Of a stretch of 51,163 nt of DNA, positions 36,114-44,580 are shown piece after piece. The stretch lies in assembly GCA_964519065.1 (NCBI GenBank), contig CAZFIF010000001.1, forward strand, positions 1 through 51,163, written 5' to 3'. The notes beneath the pieces are model-generated. The model was not told where the DNA came from. It saw only the letters and a list, made by a program, of their open reading frames with translations, and ran no database searches. Numbering within the stretch: position 1 is the stretch's first letter; every line of letters starts with the position of its first letter. The translations under genes were made by a program, and so were the position numbers. Origin of the DNA: an uncultured Rikenella sp. (GTDB taxonomy: Bacteria; Bacteroidota; Bacteroidia; Bacteroidales; VadinHA17).

Positions 36114-36869
36114 ATGAAATACAGAATTACATTGCTCATTCTGTCAGTTTTTCTATTGGCAGCATGTTCGCAGATAACACAGTTGATGCAGACAGTATCA
36201 GCCGTAAAGGAGCTGACAGATGGTGACATAATTGAGGGGCTGAAGGAGGCGCTCACGGTAGGTGCAAAAAATGCCGCTGGCAGACTTGCCTCGGAAAACG
36301 GGTATTACAGTGATCAGCAGGTAAAGATACCGCTTCCTGATGAGGCGAAGGTGATAGTGGAGAACATAGGCAGGATACCCGGCGGGGATCAGCTTCTTGA
36401 GAATGTCATTCTGAGCATCAACAGGGCAGCAGAGGATGCTGCACGGGAGGTGGCCCCTGTCTTTGTGGGGGCAGTGACACGGATGACCATTGCCGACGGG
36501 TACAACATACTGCACGGTGCCGATAACGCCGCCACAGAGTATCTCAGAAGCAGCACCTGGAGTGAGCTCTATTCCCTTTACAAGCCGAAGATTTCAGCCT
36601 CCACGGAGAGGAAGATTGTGGCGGGCATCTCCGCACAGCAATCATGGCTGACACTTACCGAGAAATGGAACATGGTGGCCAACAGTGTTGCCGGCAGGCT
36701 TGCCGGATTTAATCCGGTGACAACTGATCTGGATGATTTCCTGACCAGGAAGGCTCTGGAAGGAGTCTTTCTTAAGATCGCAGATGAGGAGCTAAAGATC
36801 AGGAAAGAGGTATCCGCCAGGGTCACCCCATTGCTCCAGAGGGTGTTCGGAAGCCTCGACGGCCGGTAA
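36114..36869 (+). CDS. DUF4197-like lipoprotein
   Basis: Lipobox LLAACS. Size and the EGLKEALTVGAKNAAGRLASENGYY pattern resemble DUF4197 family proteins. Confidence 0.62.
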   Translation: MKYRITLLILSVFLLAACSQITQLMQTVSAVKELTDGDIIEGLKEALTVGAKNAAGRLASENGYYSDQQVKIPLPDEAKVIVENIGRIPGGDQLLENVILSINRAAEDAAREVAPVFVGAVTRMTIADGYNILHGADNAATEYLRSSTWSELYSLYKPKISASTERKIVAGISAQQSWLTLTEKWNMVANSVAGRLAGFNPVTTDLDDFLTRKALEGVFLKIADEELKIRKEVSARVTPLLQRVFGSLDGR

Positions 36870-36948
36870 GATCTCAGCCAGGAGTGGATAAAAAGCCATA
36901 TGCCCGCCTTTCACGAAACTTTTGTATAATTGCAAAAAATCTAGAATA

Positions 36949-37860
36949 ATGACCAGGAACATATTATTACTCACGGCCGCTATGCTGCTTACCGGAATAA
37001 GTTTCACGGCAACGGCACAGGAGGAGGAGATCCCTGACGGCTGGCACAAAGGAGGTGTTATCTCCCTGAACCTGTCACAGAACTCTTTTACAAACTGGGC
37101 CTCGGGTGGACAGAACTCTGTTGCCATCAACGGGCTTCTCAACCTGACAGCCAACTATAAGAAGGACAAATCCGCCTGGGACAATGCCCTGACCGTAGGT
37201 TACGGGAAGATGAACCAGAAAGGCAATGACCTGGGATGGGTCAAGACTGATGACAGGATCGATTTTCAGTCGAAATACGGACGTCAGGCTACTGAGAAGT
37301 GGTTTTATTCAGGCCTGATGAGTTTCAGGACGCAGCTGGACAAGGGTTACAACTATCCGGACACCGATAATAAGATTTCGGATCTGCTCTCCCCGGCCTA
37401 TCTCCTTTTTTCATTGGGGATGGACTATAAGCCCAACGAGAACTTTACAGCTTTCCTCTCTCCGATTACCTCAAAAAACACGATTGTCAACGACGATTAT
37501 CTGTCGTCAATCGGTGCCTTTGGCGTAGATCCGGGCAAGAAGTTCAGGCCGGAGATGGGTGCATATGCCAATCTTGCATACAAAAAAGATGAGATAGTCA
37601 AGAATGTCAACTTTCTTACGAAGCTTGACCTGTTCAGCAACTACCTGCATAAACCGCAGAACATTGACATAAGCTGGGAGAACCTGCTGGTGCTGAAAGT
37701 CAATGAATTCATCTCGGCCACCATTAACACCCTTCTGTTATACGATGATGATATTCTCGTCAAGGTAGACGAAGATTTTGAGGAAAATCCTGTCATGGGC
37801 AAACGCGCGCAGTTCAAGGAGGTTATCGGGGTAGGTCTGACTTACAAGTTTCTCAAATAG
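36949..37860 (+). CDS. DUF3078-like outer-membrane beta-barrel protein
   Basis: Signal peptide from ATG 36949 (the track start at 36922 is TTG). NWASGGQNS motif, alternating beta-strand pattern, and a C-terminal aromatic-containing strand (LTYKFLK). Confidence 0.65.
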   Translation: MTRNILLLTAAMLLTGISFTATAQEEEIPDGWHKGGVISLNLSQNSFTNWASGGQNSVAINGLLNLTANYKKDKSAWDNALTVGYGKMNQKGNDLGWVKTDDRIDFQSKYGRQATEKWFYSGLMSFRTQLDKGYNYPDTDNKISDLLSPAYLLFSLGMDYKPNENFTAFLSPITSKNTIVNDDYLSSIGAFGVDPGKKFRPEMGAYANLAYKKDEIVKNVNFLTKLDLFSNYLHKPQNIDISWENLLVLKVNEFISATINTLLLYDDDILVKVDEDFEENPVMGKRAQFKEVIGVGLTYKFLK

Positions 37861-37876
37861 CCACTGCGGCAGGACG

Positions 37877-38497
37877 ATGCTCAAGCTCATCAACCATCCG
37901 CTGATCACGCACAAGCTGGCGCTAATCAGGAGGAAGGAGACCGGGACTCGTGATTTCAGGCAGAACCTGAGTGAGATCGCGGGATTGATGGCCTACGAGA
38001 TAACGCGCGATATTCCGCTGCGGGAGATAACCGTTGAAACACCTGTCGGATCATGCGATACTGCAGAGCTCTCGCGGGAGATAATTCTGGTTCCCGTTCT
38101 GAGGGCAGGACTGGGAATGGTAGACGGCATAACCAGTCTGATCACAACAGCCAAGGTAGGGCACATAGGACTCATACGCGATCATGAGACCCTGGAGCCG
38201 ACTGAATATTTTGCAAAGTTCCCCTCTGACCTGTCGGAAGCCATTGTGATGGTCCTTGACCCCATGCTTGCCACAGGCGGCAGTGCCAGTGCGGCAATAG
38301 CAGCGATTAAAAAGCGGGGCGCAAAGACCATCAGGCTGGTATGCATTGTCGGTGCTCCGGAGGGTGTGGCCCGCGTGGAGAAGGAACATCCGGATGTGGA
38401 TATCTATCTTGCTGCCCTGGACAGCCATCTGAACGTAAGGGGATACATAGTGCCGGGGCTGGGAGATGCGGGTGACAGGCTCTTCGGCACCCTCTGA
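37877..38497 (+). CDS. upp: Uracil phosphoribosyltransferase
   Basis: Full-length match to Upp architecture: [18 protein letters not shown], the PRPP loop [12 protein letters not shown], and C-terminal [17 protein letters not shown]. Confidence 0.92.
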   Translation: MLKLINHPLITHKLALIRRKETGTRDFRQNLSEIAGLMAYEITRDIPLREITVETPVGSCDTAELSREIILVPVLRAGLGMVDGITSLITTAKVGHIGLIRDHETLEPTEYFAKFPSDLSEAIVMVLDPMLATGGSASAAIAAIKKRGAKTIRLVCIVGAPEGVARVEKEHPDVDIYLAALDSHLNVRGYIVPGLGDAGDRLFGTL

Positions 38498-38615
38498 CTG
38501 ATACCGGAGCAGACCTGCAGCAATACTTTTTATCAACTTTTTATTACCTCCACCCTTAAGAATGCCAGAGCTTGCTATATTCGCAGATCAAACCTGGAAC
38601 AATTAAAAATAGGGC

Positions 38616-39869
38616 ATGGGACTGAAGAACCGGCTTATCATAATGAATTTCCTCCAGTTTTTCATCTGGGGGTCATGGCTGCTCACCATAGGGGCATACT
38701 GGTTTCAGACGAAGAACTGGTCAGGCACAGATTTCGGAGCAATTTTTTCGACCATGGGGCTTGCCTCGCTCTTCATGCCTGCTATAGCGGGCATTATAGC
38801 TGACAGGTGGGTCAACGCCGAGAAGCTCTACGGTCTCTTCCACATCTCGGGGGCGGTACTGCTCGCCCTGCTGCCGACGATCAATGATCCGAAGACATTC
38901 TTCTGGGTGCTGCTGGTCACCATGATGTTCTACATGCCTACCATTGCGCTGGCCATCACCGTGGCATACAGTTCGATGAAGAACAGCGGCATGGATATCA
39001 TAAGGGATTATCCCCCGATCAGGGTCTGGGGTACCATCGGTTTTATCGTGGCTCTGTGGGTGGTCAGCCTGCTTGGATTTGAGACGTCACCCATGCAGTT
39101 TTACGTCGCTGCAGCAGCCTCACTCGGGCTGGGCATCTATGCTTTTACGCTACCCAAATGCCCGCCGCTGGCCAGGGGACACAAGAAGAAACTGGTTGAA
39201 GAGCTGGGTCTCAATGCCTTCAAGCTCTTCAAGAACACCAAGATGGCGCTCTTCTTCATTTTTGCAATGCTACTGGGCGCAGCACTGCAACTCACCAATG
39301 CTTACGGGGACACCTTTCTTCATGACTTTGCCGATATACCTGCCTACAAGGATCTGCTGGCGGTAAGATACCCCGCCATAATCATGTCAGTATCACAGAT
39401 ATCCGAGACACTTTTTATTCTTACCATTCCCTTCTTCCTGAAGCGGTTCGGCATCAAGAAGGTGATGCTCATGAGCATGGTGGCGTGGGTACTCAGGTTC
39501 GGACTCTTTGCATACGGTGATCCGGCCGGCGGGTTATGGATGATAATACTGTCTTGTATTATCTACGGTATGGCCTTTGATTTCTTCAACATTTCAGGAT
39601 CACTCTTTGTGGAAACACAAAGTGAGCCGGAGATCAGGGCCAGTGCACAGGGACTCTTCATGATGATGACAAACGGGTTCGGGGCATTCCTGGGCAGCCG
39701 TATCAGCGGGATCGTCATCGACAAATACTTTATGCTTGAGAGCGGAGCCTTCGACTGGAAAGGGATATGGCTGGCCTTTGCCGCCTATTCGCTGGTTGTG
39801 GCTATCCTCTTCGCCCTTCTCTTCCGACATAAGCACGTGCCGGAGGCAGTTGAAAATATCAGTCATTAA
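38616..39869 (+). CDS. Nucleoside permease (NupG/XapB-like MFS)
   Basis: N-terminus NRLIIMNFLQFFIWGSWLLTIGAYW is typical of NupG-family nucleoside:H+ symporters. 12 TM. Confidence 0.8.
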   Translation: MGLKNRLIIMNFLQFFIWGSWLLTIGAYWFQTKNWSGTDFGAIFSTMGLASLFMPAIAGIIADRWVNAEKLYGLFHISGAVLLALLPTINDPKTFFWVLLVTMMFYMPTIALAITVAYSSMKNSGMDIIRDYPPIRVWGTIGFIVALWVVSLLGFETSPMQFYVAAAASLGLGIYAFTLPKCPPLARGHKKKLVEELGLNAFKLFKNTKMALFFIFAMLLGAALQLTNAYGDTFLHDFADIPAYKDLLAVRYPAIIMSVSQISETLFILTIPFFLKRFGIKKVMLMSMVAWVLRFGLFAYGDPAGGLWMIILSCIIYGMAFDFFNISGSLFVETQSEPEIRASAQGLFMMMTNGFGAFLGSRISGIVIDKYFMLESGAFDWKGIWLAFAAYSLVVAILFALLFRHKHVPEAVENISH

Positions 39870-39998
39870 TTCTGTATCCTGCTTTGATGTGCAGATAATT
39901 TGATCTTAAAGGTCACATGGAGCCTTCATGTTTGCCAATTATTTTCAGACTTGTTTTTGTTTTTTATACATGGAAGGTTCATAATTGAACTTATTATG

Positions 39999-40006
39999 TA
40001 CTTTTG
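39999..40006 (+). promoter_or_regulatory. Bacteroidota-type -7 promoter motif (TAnnTTTG)
   Basis: TACTTTTG lies 40 nt before ATG 40047 in an AT-rich 177-nt gap. Confidence 0.4.
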
Positions 40007-40046
40007 TATGACATAAGAAATTTATGAATTGTAATACCATGTCATT

Positions 40047-41306
40047 ATGAGACATAATACCGGCGGGAGAGGTTCGGGCTACGCATGGCTGGTAGTAGGA
40101 CTGCTTTGGGTTGTCGCATTGCTTAACTACATGGACCGCCAGATGCTTTCTACGATGAAGAGTTCGATGATGGTTGACATCCTGGAGCTTGAGAAGGCGG
40201 AAAATTTCGGAAAACTGATGGCGGTGTTCCTCTGGATATACGGGTTCATGAGTCCTGTTGCCGGTCTGATAGCTGACCGTATAAACCGAAAATGGCTCAT
40301 CGTTGCCAGCCTCTTTGTATGGTCAGGGGTTACTTTTTCCATGGGTTACACCAGCAATTTCAATGTGCTCTACGGTCTGAGAGCGATAATGGGCATCAGT
40401 GAAGCACTATACATCCCTGCCGGGCTGTCGCTGATTGCCGACTATCATCGGGGCAGCACCCGTTCGCTGGCTATTGGCATTCATATGACGGGTCTCTATG
40501 TGGGGCAGGCTATGGGAGGCTTCGGTGCCACGGTGGCAGATGCATGGTCATGGCAGAGTGCCTTTCACCTGTTCGGGATCGTAGGGTTGGTTTACAGTGC
40601 CATACTGGTAATTGCCCTGAGAGAGCATCCGGAACGAAAAAGAGTATCAGCTTCAGCCGTCACAGCGAAGCCGCAGAAACCTCCGGTACTTTCAAGTCTG
40701 ACCCTCCTGCTGGGAATGACAAGTTTCTGGATGATACTATTCTATTTTGCCGTGCCGAGTTTTCCGGGGTGGGCAGTAAAGAACTGGATGCCCACTCTCT
40801 TTTCTGACAGCCTGGGTATTGAGATGGCCACGGCAGGACCGATAGCGACCATAACCATTGCGGCCTCCTCATTCCTGGGGGTGATAGCCGGGGGCATACT
40901 GTCGGACAGGTGGGTGGCCGTCAATCTGCGCGGCCGCATATTTACCAGTGCCATAGGACTGGCACTGACAATACCCTCCCTCCTCTTCTTCGGCCTGGGC
41001 CGTGACATATTCTGGATCATCGGCGGGGCTGTGCTCTTCGGCATTGGTTACGGCATGTTTGATGCCAACAACATGCCAATTTTGTGCCAGTTTGTGTCGC
41101 CGAGGCACAGAGCTGCCGGGTACGGTCTCATGAATATGACAGGCGTATTTGCAGGTGCCCTCATCACCAGCCTGCTGGGTAAGTCGACCGATTCGGGACA
41201 TCTTGGTAGGGATATGGCCGCCCTGGCGATACCTGTACTCATTGCCCTGGTATTGCAGCTGATCATATTGAAGCCCACGGTGGCGGACAAACTGGCCGAT
41301 GACTGA
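40047..41306 (+). CDS. MFS transporter (Spinster-like subgroup)
   Basis: LLNYMDRQMLS N-terminal motif and a 12-TM pattern. Confidence 0.82.
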   Translation: MRHNTGGRGSGYAWLVVGLLWVVALLNYMDRQMLSTMKSSMMVDILELEKAENFGKLMAVFLWIYGFMSPVAGLIADRINRKWLIVASLFVWSGVTFSMGYTSNFNVLYGLRAIMGISEALYIPAGLSLIADYHRGSTRSLAIGIHMTGLYVGQAMGGFGATVADAWSWQSAFHLFGIVGLVYSAILVIALREHPERKRVSASAVTAKPQKPPVLSSLTLLLGMTSFWMILFYFAVPSFPGWAVKNWMPTLFSDSLGIEMATAGPIATITIAASSFLGVIAGGILSDRWVAVNLRGRIFTSAIGLALTIPSLLFFGLGRDIFWIIGGAVLFGIGYGMFDANNMPILCQFVSPRHRAAGYGLMNMTGVFAGALITSLLGKSTDSGHLGRDMAALAIPVLIALVLQLIILKPTVADKLADD

Positions 41307-41428
41307 CGGTCATCAGCCGTCGGGGGAAACCTCGATGTAACCGGACAGAGACCTGTCATCAGGTGGCAGCAGAAGAGTCAGCATAAACAGGGTCAGGTTG
41401 AGGTCAGGAGCCGGCAGGAGGAGGATCA

Positions 41429-42295
41429 TTATGACCCGAGAAGGATGAGGCTCAGTCCAATGACAATCATCCCGCTGATAAGACCGTATATTGCAACATG
41501 GTGTTTGCCGTACTTGTGTGCAGCCGGAAGCAGTTCATCAAAGGAGATATATATCATTATGCCTGCCACCATGGCAAAGACATAACCGAGACTTACGTCG
41601 CTGTCAAACATTGAGAGTATGAAATAGCCGGCCACTGCCCCGACAGGTTCCGAGAAGCCTGACAGTATCGACCAGGTGAGTGCCTTCTTCCTTGACCCGG
41701 TGGCATAATATACCGGAACCGAAACGGCTATTCCCTCCGGGATATTATGAATGGCAATCGCGACGGCAATTGACACCCCCACGGTAACATCTGACACAGC
41801 AGACATGAAGGTTGCAATACCTTCCGGAAAGTTGTGTATACCGATGGCTATGGCAGTGAATACCCCCAATCTCATCAGCTTCTGGTCCCTGGCGCCAGAC
41901 CACCCCATCCTCCGTCGCCTTCCCTGGCATTCCGGCTTGCCGGAATCTCTCGTCTCCGGGTGCATCTGCTCCACTCTCTTCAGCTCATGCGGGTTACCCT
42001 GTGAAGGGAGTATCTTATCGATGGCTGCTGACAGTCCTATGCCAACTATGAATGACATGAATGTCAGCCAGGCTGCAGGAGTGGCATTATAATTCATCCT
42101 CATGATATCTCCCGCCTCGGTAAGTATCTCGGTAAATGAGATGAATATCATCACACCGGCTGAAAAACCAAGGGAAAAGGCAAGGAAGGTGGTCTTGGTC
42201 CGCCTGGCGAAGAAGGCAATAAGTCCGCCTATTCCCGTAGCCATTCCGGCGAAAAGCGTGATGCCGAAGGCAAAAAGTATCAGGGAGCGGTCCAT
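41429..42295 (-). CDS. zupT: ZIP family divalent metal transporter (ZupT-like)
   Basis: Conserved HNFPEGIA and HNIPEGIAV motifs. 8-TM layout with a cytoplasmic loop. Confidence 0.85.
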   Translation of the reverse strand: MDRSLILFAFGITLFAGMATGIGGLIAFFARRTKTTFLAFSLGFSAGVMIFISFTEILTEAGDIMRMNYNATPAAWLTFMSFIVGIGLSAAIDKILPSQGNPHELKRVEQMHPETRDSGKPECQGRRRRMGWSGARDQKLMRLGVFTAIAIGIHNFPEGIATFMSAVSDVTVGVSIAVAIAIHNIPEGIAVSVPVYYATGSRKKALTWSILSGFSEPVGAVAGYFILSMFDSDVSLGYVFAMVAGIMIYISFDELLPAAHKYGKHHVAIYGLISGMIVIGLSLILLGS

Positions 42296-42325
42296 TCAGG
42301 GCTTATTTAGATTCATTTTAAATTG

Positions 42326-42333
42326 CAAATTTA
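42326..42333 (-). promoter_or_regulatory. Bacteroidota-type -7 promoter motif (TAnnTTTG)
   Basis: TAAATTTG on the - strand, 30 nt upstream of ATG 42295. Confidence 0.4.
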
Positions 42334-42411
42334 GAACAAACATTGAAAAAACAATCAGCAGGGCGTAATCATAGTAAAAAAAGCTATTAATTAGTGATCT
42401 GAGAAACAACG

Positions 42412-42987
42412 ATGAATCTCTTTGATTATTACAGGATACTGGGCATAAGGCAGGGCGCTTCCGAGGATGAGATCAGGAGGGCATACCGGAGAAAGGCCAT
42501 GGAGTTGCATCCTGACCGCAATCAATCGGAGGATGCCCAGGATCAGTTCATCAGGGTAACGGAGGCGTATGAATACCTCACCTCCCACCCCCACGGCAGG
42601 AATATCAGTGAAGAGGAGCTGAGGAGAAATTACCAGGCGTGGGTTGATTACAGGCGGGCTGAAGCGAGGAAGAGGGCTGAGCAGTATGCCAGGAACTCCT
42701 ATTCCGATTTCAAGAAGAGCAGTATCTACAAAAGCACTTCAGCCATTGACGGTACCATGGTCTTTCTCGGATTTGCGCTTGCCATTACTGTCATTCTCAT
42801 GACGGCATTCGGTTACAGCTACCGTCACAGGATGGCCACCTCACCCCAGGATGAACCCTCGCTGTCGCTGGCCATTGTAACCTTCACCGTTGGTGTTATA
42901 TATCTGATAGTCACACTATTTTATTTCAGCGCCTGGCTTGCACAGGAGAAAAACAGGAGGCAGAAGAGAAATGTCAAACAGAATTAA
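42412..42987 (+). CDS. J-domain (DnaJ-like) protein with two C-terminal TM helices
   Basis: YYRILGIRQGASEDEIRRAYRRKAMELHPDRN carries the HPD motif. No Zn-finger or C-terminal DnaJ domains; hydrophobic C-terminal segments instead. Confidence 0.8.
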   Translation: MNLFDYYRILGIRQGASEDEIRRAYRRKAMELHPDRNQSEDAQDQFIRVTEAYEYLTSHPHGRNISEEELRRNYQAWVDYRRAEARKRAEQYARNSYSDFKKSSIYKSTSAIDGTMVFLGFALAITVILMTAFGYSYRHRMATSPQDEPSLSLAIVTFTVGVIYLIVTLFYFSAWLAQEKNRRQKRNVKQN

Positions 42988-43459
42988 GATCAGAAACCCT
43001 TTTGATCCGGTCGGGAACCCCTGTTTCGGTTGCAGTCCCACAAACCCTGCAGGCCTCAGACTGACTTTTGAGGCTGAGGATGGAAAGCTTTATGCATCCT
43101 GGGATCCGTTGCCGCAGTTCCAGGGTTATATCAACGTCCTTCACGGAGGTATCATTGCCACCCTGCTTGACGAGACGGGGGCATGGTGCATCAACGCTAT
43201 TGCGGGCACTTCAGGGGTAACCTCATCTCTAACGGTGCGGTACCTGAAACCGGTTCACATCAGCAGAGGCATGGTAACCGTAGAAGCTGCCATTGTCAGT
43301 CTGGAGGAGAGGATTGCACATATTCACTGCAGGCTTGCTGACGGTGAAGGGAAGCACTGTGCCGAGGCCGATATTGATTACTTTATCTACCCGCCGGAGA
43401 TAGCCCGGAAAAGGTATCACTACCCGGGCAAGGAGGCTTTCTACCCGCAGAAAAGCTGA
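42971..43459 (+). CDS. Hotdog-fold thioesterase (PaaI-like)
   Basis: FGCSPTNPAGLRL, then VLHGGIIATLLDETGAW, typical of PaaI/YbdB-type thioesterases. ATG 42971 overlaps the upstream gene by 17 nt. The track start at 42938 is TTG. Confidence 0.75.
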   Translation: MSNRIKIRNPFDPVGNPCFGCSPTNPAGLRLTFEAEDGKLYASWDPLPQFQGYINVLHGGIIATLLDETGAWCINAIAGTSGVTSSLTVRYLKPVHISRGMVTVEAAIVSLEERIAHIHCRLADGEGKHCAEADIDYFIYPPEIARKRYHYPGKEAFYPQKS

Positions 43460-43502
43460 GCACCACCTACATGTCAGTGACCATCACCAGCCTGTATGCA
43501 AT

Positions 43503-44528
43503 TCATTTTCCATACCGTGCCAGGGGGATGGCACTGTGATCCGAGAAGTCAGACCTGAGGTATTTGTAGTAACCGGTTATGCCGATCATAGCTGCATTGT
43601 CTGTGGTATAGCGCAACTCCGGCAGGAAGAGGTTCCACCCCCGTTTTGCAGCTTCCCTGCCGGCTGCCTGCCGCAGTCCTGAGTTGGCCGAGACGCCTCC
43701 CGCAATGCCTATCTCCCTGATACCCGTCTCCTTTGAGGCCCGAACCAGTTTACCCACCAGTATCTCGATTATTGTGCGCTGCAGTGACGCCGCAAGGTCA
43801 TTGCGCCGGCTCTCTATGAAACGAGGATCTTCCGCCACCCTGTCGCGCAGGAAATAGAGGAAGCTGGTCTTCAGTCCGGAGAAGCTGAAATTGAGTCCCT
43901 GTATCCGTGGTTTGGCAAAGACGAAGGCGTGGGGGTCACCCTCAGCTGCCAGCCTGTCTATCACCGGTCCTCCCGGATAGGGCAGTCCCATCACCTTGGC
44001 GCACTTGTCAAAAGCCTCACCGGCAGCGTCATCAATGGTTGCGCCAATTATCTCCATGGAGAGATGATCATGCATAACCATCAGCTGTGTATGTCCACCC
44101 GACACCAGCAGGCACAGGAAGGGGAATTCCGGCAGCGGCTGCTCTCTCCCATGTTCCCTGGCAAAGTGAGACATGACGTGGGCCTGCAGGTGGTCAACCT
44201 CTATGAGCGGTATGTTGCGTGCCAGTGCAAACCCCTTTGCAAATGAGCTGCCCACAAGAAGTGATCCCAGCAATCCGGGTCCACGTGTCCAGGCAACGGC
44301 ACTGATCTCTTCTGCGGTTGTACCGGCCATCACCAGCGCTCTGTCCACCACCGGTACTATGTTTGCCTGGTGCGCCCTTGAGGCCAGTTCGGGCACCACG
44401 CCACCGTATGCCTGATGTACGGCCTGTCCCGCGATAAGGTTTGAAAGCACCACACCGTCCCTGATGACAGCGGCGGAAGTATCGTCACAGGAAGATTCTA
44501 TCGCAAGGATCGTAACAGTTGGCGCCAT
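43503..44528 (-). CDS. tsaD: tRNA N6-adenosine threonylcarbamoyltransferase
   Basis: ILAIESSCDDTSAAV, GGVVPELASRAH, and GGVSAN near the C-terminus. The start is set at ATG 44528 (MAPTVTILAIESS). The longer track ORF adds 44 non-homologous residues. Confidence 0.9.
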   Translation of the reverse strand: MAPTVTILAIESSCDDTSAAVIRDGVVLSNLIAGQAVHQAYGGVVPELASRAHQANIVPVVDRALVMAGTTAEEISAVAWTRGPGLLGSLLVGSSFAKGFALARNIPLIEVDHLQAHVMSHFAREHGREQPLPEFPFLCLLVSGGHTQLMVMHDHLSMEIIGATIDDAAGEAFDKCAKVMGLPYPGGPVIDRLAAEGDPHAFVFAKPRIQGLNFSFSGLKTSFLYFLRDRVAEDPRFIESRRNDLAASLQRTIIEILVGKLVRASKETGIREIGIAGGVSANSGLRQAAGREAAKRGWNLFLPELRYTTDNAAMIGITGYYKYLRSDFSDHSAIPLARYGK

Positions 44529-44580
44529 TTTTGTATAACTCTTTTTATTAACTTCGCCTGCGGCGGGAATGTCGTATTGA

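Noticed and set aside
42317-42333. AT-rich quasi-palindrome TTTAAATTGCAAATTTA upstream of zupT, considered as a possible Zur/Fur-type operator
   Set aside because: When paired base by base, the two arms match at only about 5 of 7 positions. The element also overlaps a plain TAAATTTG promoter motif. That is not enough to call an operator.
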